A stretch of 64,000 nt of DNA. Source: Flavobacteriales bacterium (lineage in GTDB: Bacteria; Bacteroidota; Bacteroidia; Palsa-965). The DNA lies in assembly GCA_040377305.1 (NCBI GenBank), contig JBEIPA010000009.1, positions 1-64,000 on the forward strand, written 5' to 3'. Of the stretch, positions 1 through 9,474 are shown piece after piece; position 1 is the first letter of the stretch, and each line of letters starts with the position of its first letter. A program made the position numbers and the translations under genes. The notes beneath the pieces were generated by a model. It was not told where the DNA came from and ran no database searches. It was given only the letters and a program-made list of their open reading frames with translations.

Positions 1-72
1 CATTTTAAATACATGCGCTTCATTCCCATAATACAGATTGCGTTTTTTGCTTGTATTTGATCTAGTTTCCAT
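1..72 (-). CDS. possible 5' end of a gene running off the window (METRSNTSKKRNLYYGNEAHVFKM...)
   Basis: ATG at 72 on the minus strand, frame open to base 1, AT-rich upstream region; too short to identify. Confidence 0.3.
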   Translation of the reverse strand, partial: METRSNTSKKRNLYYGNEAHVFKM

Positions 73-260
73 TTGCGAACTTATTTTTTTGTGCCCCGTT
101 TTTTTTTTTTTCCGCATTGATTAAAAAACAAAAGCCGGGTGCCGATGTGCCAATTCCCGATATGCCGGTTGTGTCTGTTGTTAGCAGCGGGTACAAACTA
201 AAATACAGGTTCAAAAAATTTTTCCCCCGTAGGGGGAACGCACGCGATTCAAAAAAAATA

Positions 261-293
261 TTTGCACGTTCGAAAATTCCGGATTTATATTTG
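261..293 (+). promoter_or_regulatory. Bacteroidota housekeeping promoter (-33 TTTG / -7 TATATTTG)
   Basis: TTTG at 261-264 and TATATTTG at 286-293, upstream of the 327 ORF. Confidence 0.6.
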
Positions 294-326
294 CCGCCGA
301 ATTTGATGTTTAACGTTTAATATTTT

Positions 327-857
327 GTGTTTATGTTTTTTGAGGATGATGAAAATGATTTCGCGAGAGGATTCAATGAATGGTGGGCTAATCTTTCTGA
401 CGAAGAGAAAGCAGAAATGGATCGTGAAGAAAAAGAAAACCGGAATAAGATGACCAATCACCCACTTTACAAAAAATCGCACGAGATTCTCCAGATTGTG
501 GAGGCGATTATTGAATCGTTGCCGGAAGAGGAGCAGCGTATGCATTCACCCATGTTGGAATCTGCCATGATGCTTGCGCCAAAATTTGCAGGAGCGTACA
601 ATTGCGATATGTGGATCCTCGTTATGCAGAACGCTGCAATAATGCGTTATCATGCAGAGTATCTCACAACAGGAACGAATGGTTTTGAATTGTTTGGGGA
701 TGGGGCTGTAGACAAACGCTATGTGAAGCTGTTGCGTACGGAGATGAAAAACTTCAGGAAACTCTTTACGGAGTGGATGGGGGAAGTGCACGCATTGCCG
801 AAAGATTTCGAGATGGATCAGGATGATTGGGGTGTGTTCGTGAGACCTAAATCGTAG
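327..857 (+). CDS. hypothetical protein, acidic N-terminus, predicted all-helical (possible four-helix bundle)
   Basis: 176-aa ORF behind a consensus promoter; amphipathic helical pattern. Confidence 0.75.
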   Translation: MFMFFEDDENDFARGFNEWWANLSDEEKAEMDREEKENRNKMTNHPLYKKSHEILQIVEAIIESLPEEEQRMHSPMLESAMMLAPKFAGAYNCDMWILVMQNAAIMRYHAEYLTTGTNGFELFGDGAVDKRYVKLLRTEMKNFRKLFTEWMGEVHALPKDFEMDQDDWGVFVRPKS

Positions 858-867
858 GCTCACGGAA

Positions 868-1051
868 AATTCAACCCCTTCGGGGTTGTGGCGCGTTTTC
901 ATGAGACGGGTGTTACCGTAATTGGAGCCCTTCAGGCTCGTATGGACTCCCACATTATTCTCTTTAGCAAAAAAACATACGAGCCTGAAGGGCTCCAATT
1001 ACGGTAGCTTAGAATAAGCGCCGTTCACGTCAACCCTGAAGGGGTTGAATT
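868..1051. repeat. nested REP-like inverted repeats upstream of the Y1 transposase
   Basis: Outer IR 868-888/1031-1051 (21 bp, 1 mismatch) and inner perfect 31-bp IR 914-944/976-1006; each arm is itself a hairpin with a TTC/GAA triloop. Confidence 0.85.
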
Positions 1052-1063
1052 AAAATCACGACG

Positions 1064-1510
1064 ATGTCAACGTACACACGTATTACATATCAAATTGTTT
1101 TTGCAACCCGAAATCGTGTTGCAGCATTAGAAAAGAAGAATCGAGACGAATTGTTCATGCATATCGCGGGAATATTGAAAAACAAAAAATGCCACAACCT
1201 CGCTGTCAATGGTGTTGCGGATCACATCCACATATTGTGTGAACTACACCCTACGATTGCTCTTGCAAATCTTGTCAAGGACATCAAGTTGGGAACAACG
1301 GACATGATCAAACGAAATAGATTTTTCCCGGCATTTCCCGGATGGCAAGAAGGTTATGGTGCATTTACTTACTCGAGGAATGATCGGGAGAAGCTGATTC
1401 AGTACGTGCGGAATCAGGAGGCGCATCATCAAACCGAAGATTTCATTAAGGAATATTTACGCATGCTTGATGAGGCTGAAATTGATTACGACACGCAATA
1501 CGTTCCATAA
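1064..1510 (+). mobile_element. tnpA: IS200/IS605-family Y1 HUH transposase (REP-associated tyrosine transposase-like)
   Basis: HUH motif DHIHIL, WQEGYGAF, catalytic YVRNQEAHH; adjacent REP hairpins; no TnpB. Confidence 0.9.
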
Positions 1511-1516
1511 CAACAC

Positions 1517-1551
1517 AAAAAATCCCGGTAGCACGCGCTCCGGGATTTTTT
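1517..1551. terminator. bidirectional intrinsic terminator
   Basis: AAAAAATCCCGG...CCGGGATTTTTT between convergent genes. Confidence 0.8.
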
Positions 1552-1570
1552 AATTTTTTATTACGCTGGG

Positions 1571-2212
1571 TTAAAACTTCGCTACAACTCCGAAGTTGAC
1601 CATTGGTAAACCGCTGCCGTAACCACCTTCTACGAATGCACCAATGTTATCCGTGAAGTAAAGGTTTGCACCAGCGTGAATTGCCCAGCAGAAACCACTC
1701 TTCAACGGTTCCTGAACATAGTTAAATCCAACACCAGTGGGAGTGGCTTTTACTTTATTCAGTCCAAAAGGAATTCCAACGTACGGATCAAGCTTTTTCA
1801 TTCCAAGTGGAACGTGAAATGCAGGACGCACACAGATCTGAGTGTACTTGTGCTTATAACCGTAGATGTTGTCAGGCGCCGTTACATCCGTAATTGTGAT
1901 TTCGTCTTTATACATTCCAACGTAAACACCGATTCCGAGAAATTCAGTTGCGCCGAACTCAGCACGGAATCCGAATGGAAAGCCACCTTTGGTCTCTGTT
2001 TCGCCGTAAATAGAATAATCAGATTTTGAGTAATTCTCTTTCACAAGAAATCCAGCACCAAGACCAACATCCATCTGTCCGGCTTTGAATGCTACAACCT
2101 TGCCTCTTTTCTTTTTCTTCTTGCGGCGTTTCTTTTTCATTTCTTCCGCGCTGAGATCTCCCGCAGCAAATAGTGCACACAACACAAGAAGGAATATCGC
2201 TTTAAGCTTCAT
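1571..2212 (-). CDS. outer-membrane beta-barrel protein
   Basis: Signal peptide, alternating beta-strand pattern, C-terminal Phe (VVAKF). Confidence 0.8.
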   Translation of the reverse strand: MKLKAIFLLVLCALFAAGDLSAEEMKKKRRKKKKKRGKVVAFKAGQMDVGLGAGFLVKENYSKSDYSIYGETETKGGFPFGFRAEFGATEFLGIGVYVGMYKDEITITDVTAPDNIYGYKHKYTQICVRPAFHVPLGMKKLDPYVGIPFGLNKVKATPTGVGFNYVQEPLKSGFCWAIHAGANLYFTDNIGAFVEGGYGSGLPMVNFGVVAKF

Positions 2213-2284
2213 ACGATGAAACGAATTTGTTGATACAATAAATGAGAGTGTAAAAAAAGTCCCCGCATTTGCGAGGACTACTTT

Positions 2285-3064
2285 TTAGTACTTGTTCGAG
2301 TTGATAATATCTGTTGGCTCACCAGTTGCCGGATCCATTTTGTAGATCACGCATACAACGTGGCAGTTTGCAGGAACACGTGTTTCAGAAGGCAAAGTAA
2401 CGGTGTAGTTACCATCAACTTTAGTGCCTTTTGCAGGGTTAACTGCAATGTTGGTACCGAAAGCGTTTCCGCCAGCACAAGCACGAAGAATGTCATTGAA
2501 CTCCACATCGCCGGTCTGCCCGCTCTGGTCGTTCATGATTTTGTCTTCAGTAACATAAACGCCGAGGTGATAAGTACCTGTCAACGCCTCGAAGAACACA
2601 GTCTTCGTAGTAATTGTCATTGTGTTGCCGGAAAGTGTGTATGCCATTCCGACACCTGCTGTTGCAGTAGGATGAGCAGCAAGAGCCTGATCAATTTTCG
2701 GCTTCAGGTACGTAGGGTAAGCTTCTACCAGGTTAGCACCAGCACTTGGTGTACCACTCATTCCAAAGAATGCGGTGATATCATCCTGTCCTTCCGGCTC
2801 GTTATCAACGATATCATCACTTGGGTGCATGAATATACCCACGGCCTTACGCTGGATATTTCCATAATTGTTCATCATAGAATGCATCGTGTCATACCCG
2901 TATACACCGCATGGGTTACACCATGTTGCTGAGTATTCCCAAACTACACACTTGTAAACTGAAGAAACAGAAATTACATCTGTTGATGCAACATCGTCCT
3001 TCTTACATCCTGCAAAAGTGAATGCTAGTGCAGCAGCAGGGATTAGAGCGAGAAATTTTTTCAT
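2285..3064 (-). CDS. Omp28-related thioredoxin-like lipoprotein
   Basis: Lipobox FAGC, SATWCNPC (CxxC), YHLGVYVTED Omp28-like C-terminal region. Confidence 0.8.
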   Translation of the reverse strand: MKKFLALIPAAALAFTFAGCKKDDVASTDVISVSSVYKCVVWEYSATWCNPCGVYGYDTMHSMMNNYGNIQRKAVGIFMHPSDDIVDNEPEGQDDITAFFGMSGTPSAGANLVEAYPTYLKPKIDQALAAHPTATAGVGMAYTLSGNTMTITTKTVFFEALTGTYHLGVYVTEDKIMNDQSGQTGDVEFNDILRACAGGNAFGTNIAVNPAKGTKVDGNYTVTLPSETRVPANCHVVCVIYKMDPATGEPTDIINSNKY

Positions 3065-3221
3065 TTGATTTCTATTTGATTGTTGATGAGCTTCTTATTG
3101 AGTGTTGCCTGAAACATAAAATTACTGAAATCCGGCACTTTTCAAAAGGAAATACGTAAAAATTACCTGTGGGGTTGTGGCTTTTTTGTTTCTTTGCCAC
3201 CCCTCAAATGGAAGTTAGCTC

Positions 3222-4439
3222 ATGTTGCTCAAACACAAAAACATCGATTTTTCGAATATTTTCCACTATCTCGGTGGATTTTTTCTTCTCATGACTGCTT
3301 TTGTCATGGCGTCGATGAGGGAAAGCGAACCTGTATCAGCGGTCACGGCAGTCAATATAGAACAAGAAAAAGCCGATTCTACGTCAACAATCACAGTGGG
3401 TTTTGTGGGTGATTTGATGTGTCACGTGCCTCAAATGAACGCCGCGAAGCTTCCAGATGGTACTTATGACTTCACTCCGGCCTTCCGCGAAGTGAAAGAT
3501 GCGTTGAGTAATCCCGACATCATGATCGGAAATCTGGAGCTGACTTTCGCAGGACCAAAGAAACCTTACCTCGGGTATCCGGCTTTCAACGCGCCGGATG
3601 AATATCTAACCGCGCTTATTAATTCAGGTTTCGATTTTCTGGTGACGTCGAACAATCACTCAATGGACACAGGTGAAGAAGGACTACAGCGCACACTGAA
3701 AAAAATCCGTGAGTCGGGAATGGGAAGCACAGGAACACATGATTCTCCCCGTGATCGTGACTCTGTACGCGTGGTTGCGAAGAATGGAATTTCAATGGCG
3801 ATTCTGAATTATACATACGGAACGAACGGAGCTTATCCTTCGAAAGATCATTCGTACATGCTGAATGTTGCCGATAGCGCGTTAGTGCGCAAAGACATTG
3901 ATCGTGCTCGTGCACTGAATCCGGATATTGTTTGTGTGATTTACCATTGGGGAAATGAGAATGTTGCAGAGCCAACGAAGAAACAAGACACCATGTTTCA
4001 TTGGGCTGCCGATCACGGAGCAGATTTAGTAATTGGTGCGCATCCGCACGTGGTTGGTCCGGTGGATTATTTCAAGACCAGCAAAAATGCATCACTTGAT
4101 TCGGGCGTTGTTGCCTGGTCGCTCGGAAATTTTGTTTCGAATCAATACTGGCCCTATACCGATGCAGGAATGATTTTCAACGTGACCATTGAGAAAAATC
4201 ACACAACCGGGAAAAAGACGCTCAAGAAAACGGATTACATTCCTACGTGGGTGTATCGTGGTTACGATCAGTCGGAGAAAAGATATTTTGTGGTGCCAGC
4301 AACCTGGTGTGGAAACGATTCACTTCCGCAATGGATGAATGCAGAATCGAAAACGAGAATGTGTGAGGCGTTTGCTGACTCGAAAGCGATGATGGGGAAG
4401 TACTCCGATAAAGTCGAAGTTAAGCCGAGTTCGCGCTAA
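3222..4439 (+). CDS. CapA/PGA_cap family metallophosphoesterase
   Basis: GDLM, GNLE, NNHSMD, YHWG, GAHPHV and SLGNF motifs. Confidence 0.9.
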   Translation: MLLKHKNIDFSNIFHYLGGFFLLMTAFVMASMRESEPVSAVTAVNIEQEKADSTSTITVGFVGDLMCHVPQMNAAKLPDGTYDFTPAFREVKDALSNPDIMIGNLELTFAGPKKPYLGYPAFNAPDEYLTALINSGFDFLVTSNNHSMDTGEEGLQRTLKKIRESGMGSTGTHDSPRDRDSVRVVAKNGISMAILNYTYGTNGAYPSKDHSYMLNVADSALVRKDIDRARALNPDIVCVIYHWGNENVAEPTKKQDTMFHWAADHGADLVIGAHPHVVGPVDYFKTSKNASLDSGVVAWSLGNFVSNQYWPYTDAGMIFNVTIEKNHTTGKKTLKKTDYIPTWVYRGYDQSEKRYFVVPATWCGNDSLPQWMNAESKTRMCEAFADSKAMMGKYSDKVEVKPSSR

Positions 4440-5062
4440 TTCAGATTGAGCTTCTTTTTAGTCACATGCTCAATGGTTCGATTTGAAAAAATCAGCGCCT
4501 GCAACAGTAGTCCGATCACAATCAGCATGACGATTTCAAACTGAGAACTGCTCATTGAGCTCGAGTAAATTTTTTCAGAATCGTTTTTCAGTTTTGCACC
4601 TTCGCTCACTTGAATTTCTGATAACACAGCGAGTCTGTTGAGCGCTTCGTCGGCAGTGGATTTGCAACCATCAAAATTTCCGGAAACTGCACAGGAAGTA
4701 ACAGCCGATGCTTGTTGTGTGAATGCAGTAAACTCAATCTCTTCCTGAGGAGTGAGTTCGGTTTCTTTATACAATGCAATAGTATTATTCATTTCGAGAA
4801 CTACAGGCGCGAGCAAAACACGCACGGCAGTCGGATTATTTCTGAACTCATCTGAAAGCTGATTCACTTCGTGGAGATTTCCGTACATACCCAGAATGTA
4901 ACTCTCTGCAAGCAACCGGTCTTCGTACATGGAAGAAAACGCATCGTTGAGATCATCAGAGTTTTTCTGCTCGGTGAGATTATTCAGCAATACAACTCCG
5001 ATTACTACTGCGAGTAAAAAGGCAGCCGCGAGTTTATGCTTGATGGAGAATGTCCATTTCAT
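4436..5062 (-). CDS. stand-alone MCP four-helix-bundle sensor domain protein
   Basis: Two TM helices flanking an SSMYEDRL periplasmic helical domain; no cytoplasmic output domain. Confidence 0.75.
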   Translation of the reverse strand: MKWTFSIKHKLAAAFLLAVVIGVVLLNNLTEQKNSDDLNDAFSSMYEDRLLAESYILGMYGNLHEVNQLSDEFRNNPTAVRVLLAPVVLEMNNTIALYKETELTPQEEIEFTAFTQQASAVTSCAVSGNFDGCKSTADEALNRLAVLSEIQVSEGAKLKNDSEKIYSSSMSSSQFEIVMLIVIGLLLQALIFSNRTIEHVTKKKLNLN

Positions 5063-5183
5063 AATTGAAAGATTGAAACTATAAGGTACGAAGAAAGAGG
5101 CGATTTATATAGGCAAATCAGTCTCTTAACAGGATTAATTGACGAAGTGAAAATTAGAATTCGGGATTGGCACAGAGCAGGGG

Positions 5184-5933
5184 TCAGATTTTCTCCCGAA
5201 CCTTCTTCCCGGTACCATCTTCAATTTCTTCCTCGCCTTTGCCCCAACCAATGTGCCATGCAACACTGGCCTGGACTTCGTAACGCGTGCCTGCGAAAGG
5301 ACTGTTTACATTCGGCTCTTCCACGAAAGGATAAAGGAACGGAATTACAACGCGCGCATCGACATAGAGACGGTCGTGGAGGAAAGCAAATTGCCAACCG
5401 ATATGTGTTGCTGCGCCGAGCGCGTTAAAGCGGCGACCTTGATCATAAGTCCAGCGATCCTCGCCAGCTCTTGATTTGAAAACCACAGTTTGCATTTCTG
5501 TAACACGCATGTAACTCGCATCTAATCCTGCGTGGGGACCAGTGAAGGGATGTCGTCCAAGGGTATCGTTGCGACGCAGAAAACACGTGAAGCCCAAACG
5601 CGCTTGCGGACCGGTATAATATGAATCTACGCGCTCGAGGTATGAATTAGTTGGTCTTGGATTTGGGTCAATCACAGCGCTGGAGCTTATTTCTCCTTCG
5701 AGTTGATTATTGCCAAGCTGATCTGCGGGAAGAAACTGATGCTCGCTTCCATTCGCATAACCATAACTGAAATTGTACATCACGCGGCGATATCCGATGG
5801 AATACCCGCCCATGTACATGCTTTTCTGTTTTGCAGTGGCGTAATGTGCGTAGAGAAAATGAAAAACTTTGTCTTGAGAGTACCCTTCAGTTACAAAGAG
5901 AAAAGCAAAAAAAGCGAGTAAGAACTTTTTCAT
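5184..5933 (-). CDS. exported hypothetical protein, probable beta-barrel
   Basis: MKKFLL signal peptide (ATG 5933; ORF track starts at 5948). Confidence 0.7.
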   Translation of the reverse strand: MKKFLLAFFAFLFVTEGYSQDKVFHFLYAHYATAKQKSMYMGGYSIGYRRVMYNFSYGYANGSEHQFLPADQLGNNQLEGEISSSAVIDPNPRPTNSYLERVDSYYTGPQARLGFTCFLRRNDTLGRHPFTGPHAGLDASYMRVTEMQTVVFKSRAGEDRWTYDQGRRFNALGAATHIGWQFAFLHDRLYVDARVVIPFLYPFVEEPNVNSPFAGTRYEVQASVAWHIGWGKGEEEIEDGTGKKVREKI

Positions 5934-6034
5934 TCCTGGGTTGTTCAAAGAGTTGATACGTTGATTAGATGATTCTAAAATTTAATTGATCAATCGCCTC
6001 AACACAACTATCCGAAATTACGAAACCGGAGCAA

Positions 6035-7513
6035 TTACAGTTTCTTAAGCTTGATTTTGTCGCCAACGTGCAATACCACTTTCGCGCCGTAACCGTTCAA
6101 ACGTTTCAACTCATCAACTGTGGTTCCGTTAGCTTGCGCAATGCTCCACAGTGAATCACCTTTTTTTACGGTGTAGTATTTATAGGTTGCGGTTCCGGAT
6201 CCTGTTGTATTGGTATTCGTTTCGGCCTTCGGCGGATCTTTCACCACTGTCGCTTGCGGAGTGGTTCCCGCAGTTGGAGAAGCTACAGGCACAGGTTGCC
6301 AGATCGTAAGTTTCTGTCCGGTCCTCAGTGTATTACTCGCGAGATTATTCCACTTACGAATTTCGTCGACAGAGACTTTATACTTCTTGGCAATGGTGTT
6401 GATGTGCTCTCCCTTCTTGACGGTGTGGTACTTTTGAATTTGCTGCACAGTCATAGCGGCAAGAACAGAATCTACTTTCACTGCGTTGTAAATTTTGTCT
6501 TCGTTCATCACGAAATTTCCAACCTGATCGTTCGGCAGAATCAAATGATACGGCTCAGTAACTCCAACCGGAATTACACCAAGCTTGTACATTGGATTAA
6601 GGAAAGTCAATTGATCATTGGGAACTCCGAGAATCGCCTCGACTTGCGCAAAGTTCAATTCGGCTTTAACGTTCACGGAATCTACATCGTAGAAAGTTGC
6701 ACGCGGAGCAATTGCATATAAGTTGTGCTCCTGGTGATATGTCATAATGTATGCTGCTGCAATAAATGCAGGAACGTACGCCTGTGTCTCCCTTGGAAGG
6801 AAAGGACGAATTTCCCAATACGTTTTCTTTCCGCCACCTGCACGACGAATTGCTTTGTTGATGTTGCCCGGTCCTGCGTTATAAGCTGCGAGACAAATTT
6901 GCCAGTCGCCGTAAATGCTGTAGAGATGTTGCAGAAACTGACAAGCAGCTTCGGTCGATTTGTAAGGGTCGCAACGTTCATCTACGTACGAGGTAATTTG
7001 CAGATCGTACATCTTTCCTGTTGCGTACATGAATTGCCACAAGCCACGCGCTCCTGCACGTGAAGTTGCTGTTGGATTCAATGCCGACTCAATCACCGCA
7101 AGATGTTTAAGTTCAAGCGGAAGATTGTACTGATCCAATTTCTCTTCGAAGATGGGATAGTACAACTGGGAGAGTCCGAGCATACGCTCAACTAATCCAC
7201 GACGCTTGTATGCATACAAATCAATGTACGGCTGAACTTCTTCGATGTATCCGAGATCGAAAGGAGATTGTGCGTCGAGCATATTTAGACGCTGCTGTAT
7301 TATTCCAACACTTGGGCGCGGAACTGAATCGGGTGCGAAACCATAAATGTTGCCCCGGTTTTGCGGAACTTTTGGAATGCGGTTGATGTAGTTGTTGTGC
7401 GCAAGGCTATCAAGCATGGCCACGATCGGATCGTCGGCATAGAGTGAATCAGCAACACCGGCTTTAAGTCCGCCGGAAATCAACACACAAACAATGATCA
7501 GTTTCTTCAACAT
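6035..7513 (-). CDS. mltD: lytic murein transglycosylase with two LysM domains
   Basis: SLT motifs IESALNP, GLWQFM, LAAYNAG, ETQAYV; LysM repeats HTVKKGE and YTVKKGDSL. Confidence 0.9.
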   Translation of the reverse strand: MLKKLIIVCVLISGGLKAGVADSLYADDPIVAMLDSLAHNNYINRIPKVPQNRGNIYGFAPDSVPRPSVGIIQQRLNMLDAQSPFDLGYIEEVQPYIDLYAYKRRGLVERMLGLSQLYYPIFEEKLDQYNLPLELKHLAVIESALNPTATSRAGARGLWQFMYATGKMYDLQITSYVDERCDPYKSTEAACQFLQHLYSIYGDWQICLAAYNAGPGNINKAIRRAGGGKKTYWEIRPFLPRETQAYVPAFIAAAYIMTYHQEHNLYAIAPRATFYDVDSVNVKAELNFAQVEAILGVPNDQLTFLNPMYKLGVIPVGVTEPYHLILPNDQVGNFVMNEDKIYNAVKVDSVLAAMTVQQIQKYHTVKKGEHINTIAKKYKVSVDEIRKWNNLASNTLRTGQKLTIWQPVPVASPTAGTTPQATVVKDPPKAETNTNTTGSGTATYKYYTVKKGDSLWSIAQANGTTVDELKRLNGYGAKVVLHVGDKIKLKKL

Positions 7514-7678
7514 TGGCTTTCCCTTCGTGATTGTTTACTTCATTATACGGGCGATTCTCATAAAAAGTATGCCCTTTTGACAAAGATGGTCGCCAATATA
7601 CCAAGTATGTGACGGTCAATGGTCAAAGTATGAGCGGAGTGATGTTAAAAACGTCGAAATCAGGCAATAGAGCCGATT

Positions 7679-9103
7679 TTAGCCCATTTTCTGAATGTAG
7701 TCCGCAAAAGCCATTACCCCCGATTCATCGAAATTTCGACCCATTACCTGAACGCCAAAAGGCAGACCGGTTTTTGATTTTCCGGCAGGAACGGAAATGG
7801 CTGGAATTCCGGTGAGATTCGCCTGAACCGTGAAGATGTCTTCGAGATACATCTTGATCGGATCGGCAGAATTCGCTCCGAACTCAAATGCTGTTCCCGG
7901 TGTGGAAGGACACAAAATATAATCGAAGTCGTTGAGAATTTCCTCGGTCTTATTGCGCAAAAGCCGACGCACTTTTTGTCCTTTGGAATAGTACGCGTCG
8001 TAATAACCAGCACTCAGTACAAATGTGCCGAGCATGATGCGCCGCGTGACTTCAGGACCAAAACCTTCGCTGCGTGATTTCTTATAAGTCGATTCGAGAT
8101 CTGTTGCATTCTTGCTGCGATAACCATAACGGATTCCATCGTAGCGCGCGAGATTCGAAGATGCTTCTGCAGTGGTGAGAATGTAATACGTCGGCACCAT
8201 GAAATCGAGATACGGAAACTCAGCTGGTTCAACAGTGTGACCGTCGTTTCTCAATTGCGTGATGATGGTATTCATGCGCTCTTTGATTTCCGGATCAAGA
8301 CCCGGACTCTCGAGACATTCTTTCAGGTATGCAATGCGTTTCTTACCGTCAACAGCAAGCTTCTTGGAATATTCTTCAGTTGATTTTGTGGATGCTGTGC
8401 TATCGTAACCATCAACACCGGCAATCACTTCCATGATGAGAGCAGCATCTTCAACCGTATGAGTCAAGGGCCCAACCTGATCGAAAGATGACGCATAAGC
8501 AATAATTCCCCAACGGGAAACGCGGCCGTACGTTGGTTTTAATCCAACCACTCCGCAGAAAGAAGCAGGCTGACGAATTGATCCGCCCGTGTCTGTCCCC
8601 AATGCAGCGAGACACAAATCAGCAGCAACTGCAGCGGCAGAACCGCCCGATGATCCACCCGGAACACGTTTGGGATCGTGAGGATTTAAAACATTTCCCA
8701 GGGAAGAATTCTCATTGGAGGAGCCCATTGCAAATTCATCGCAGTTGGTACGACCAATGATGATTGCATCTTCGGCCAGCAAACGTTCCACAACGGTTGA
8801 GCTATACGGAGAAATAAATCCGCCGAGAATCTGCGATGATGCAGATACTTTGTGGTCTTTGTAGCAGATGTTGTCCTTGAGCGCGATCACCATTCCGGCC
8901 AGTTTTCCGGCAGTTTTCGCAGCGATTTTTTGGTCGACTTCGGCAGCTTTTGCTTTAGCCGATTCCGGGAAAGCTTCGAGAAAAGCGTTCAGACTTTTCG
9001 TCTCTTCAATGCGCTGTAAATACTGATCAACTAACTCAGAACAAGTGATTGAACCTGAGTTTAGATCGGTGCGGATTTCAGAAAGCGAATGGTAGCGTTT
9101 CAC
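7679..9103 (-). CDS. gatA: Asp/Glu-tRNA amidotransferase subunit A
   Basis: Amidase signature GGSSGGSAAAV, GTDTGGSIRQP, SSNLARYDGIRYG, RRIMLGTFVLS. Confidence 0.95.
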   Translation of the reverse strand: MKRYHSLSEIRTDLNSGSITCSELVDQYLQRIEETKSLNAFLEAFPESAKAKAAEVDQKIAAKTAGKLAGMVIALKDNICYKDHKVSASSQILGGFISPYSSTVVERLLAEDAIIIGRTNCDEFAMGSSNENSSLGNVLNPHDPKRVPGGSSGGSAAAVAADLCLAALGTDTGGSIRQPASFCGVVGLKPTYGRVSRWGIIAYASSFDQVGPLTHTVEDAALIMEVIAGVDGYDSTASTKSTEEYSKKLAVDGKKRIAYLKECLESPGLDPEIKERMNTIITQLRNDGHTVEPAEFPYLDFMVPTYYILTTAEASSNLARYDGIRYGYRSKNATDLESTYKKSRSEGFGPEVTRRIMLGTFVLSAGYYDAYYSKGQKVRRLLRNKTEEILNDFDYILCPSTPGTAFEFGANSADPIKMYLEDIFTVQANLTGIPAISVPAGKSKTGLPFGVQVMGRNFDESGVMAFADYIQKMG

Positions 9104-9171
9104 GAATTATTGGAAATAAAAATGTTGAATGAAGAACGAATCTGCACTCAACATATATGTGAAAAGTTGAA

Positions 9172-9360
9172 TTATTCTTTTTTCTCCGGAGCGCCTGAAC
9201 CTTCACCTTTGGAAGCGTCTTTGAACTCCTTAATTCCTTTTCCGAGACCTTTCATGAATTCAGGGATTTTGCGTCCGCCGAAAAGCAATAGAACCACCAC
9301 GAGGATAACGATAAGCTCCGTAGTTCCAAGTCCGAAAATAAGGCTGATTAATGTATTCAT
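9172..9360 (-). CDS. tatA: twin-arginine translocase TatA/E subunit
   Basis: [33 protein letters not shown]; ATG 9360 downstream of TATCTTTG (9381-9388). Confidence 0.95.
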   Translation of the reverse strand: MNTLISLIFGLGTTELIVILVVVLLLFGGRKIPEFMKGLGKGIKEFKDASKGEGSGAPEKKE

Positions 9361-9474
9361 GATCTTGTTGTTGTGAGGTGCAAAGATAAGGCTTTTAGTC
9401 AATGGGAAATAGGAAATTGGGGATAGTTTAGCCACATGTTCCTCAAGAAACCGGAAGATGAAAGTCGGGAAATC

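Noticed and set aside
1064-1570. IS605-type element with TnpB/omegaRNA
   Set aside because: Only a terminator and a convergent OMP gene follow tnpA; no RuvC-type ORF
7679-9103. gatA without adjacent gatB/gatC as an anomaly
   Set aside because: Dispersed gat genes and mltD-gatA-tatA linkage are ordinary in Bacteroidota
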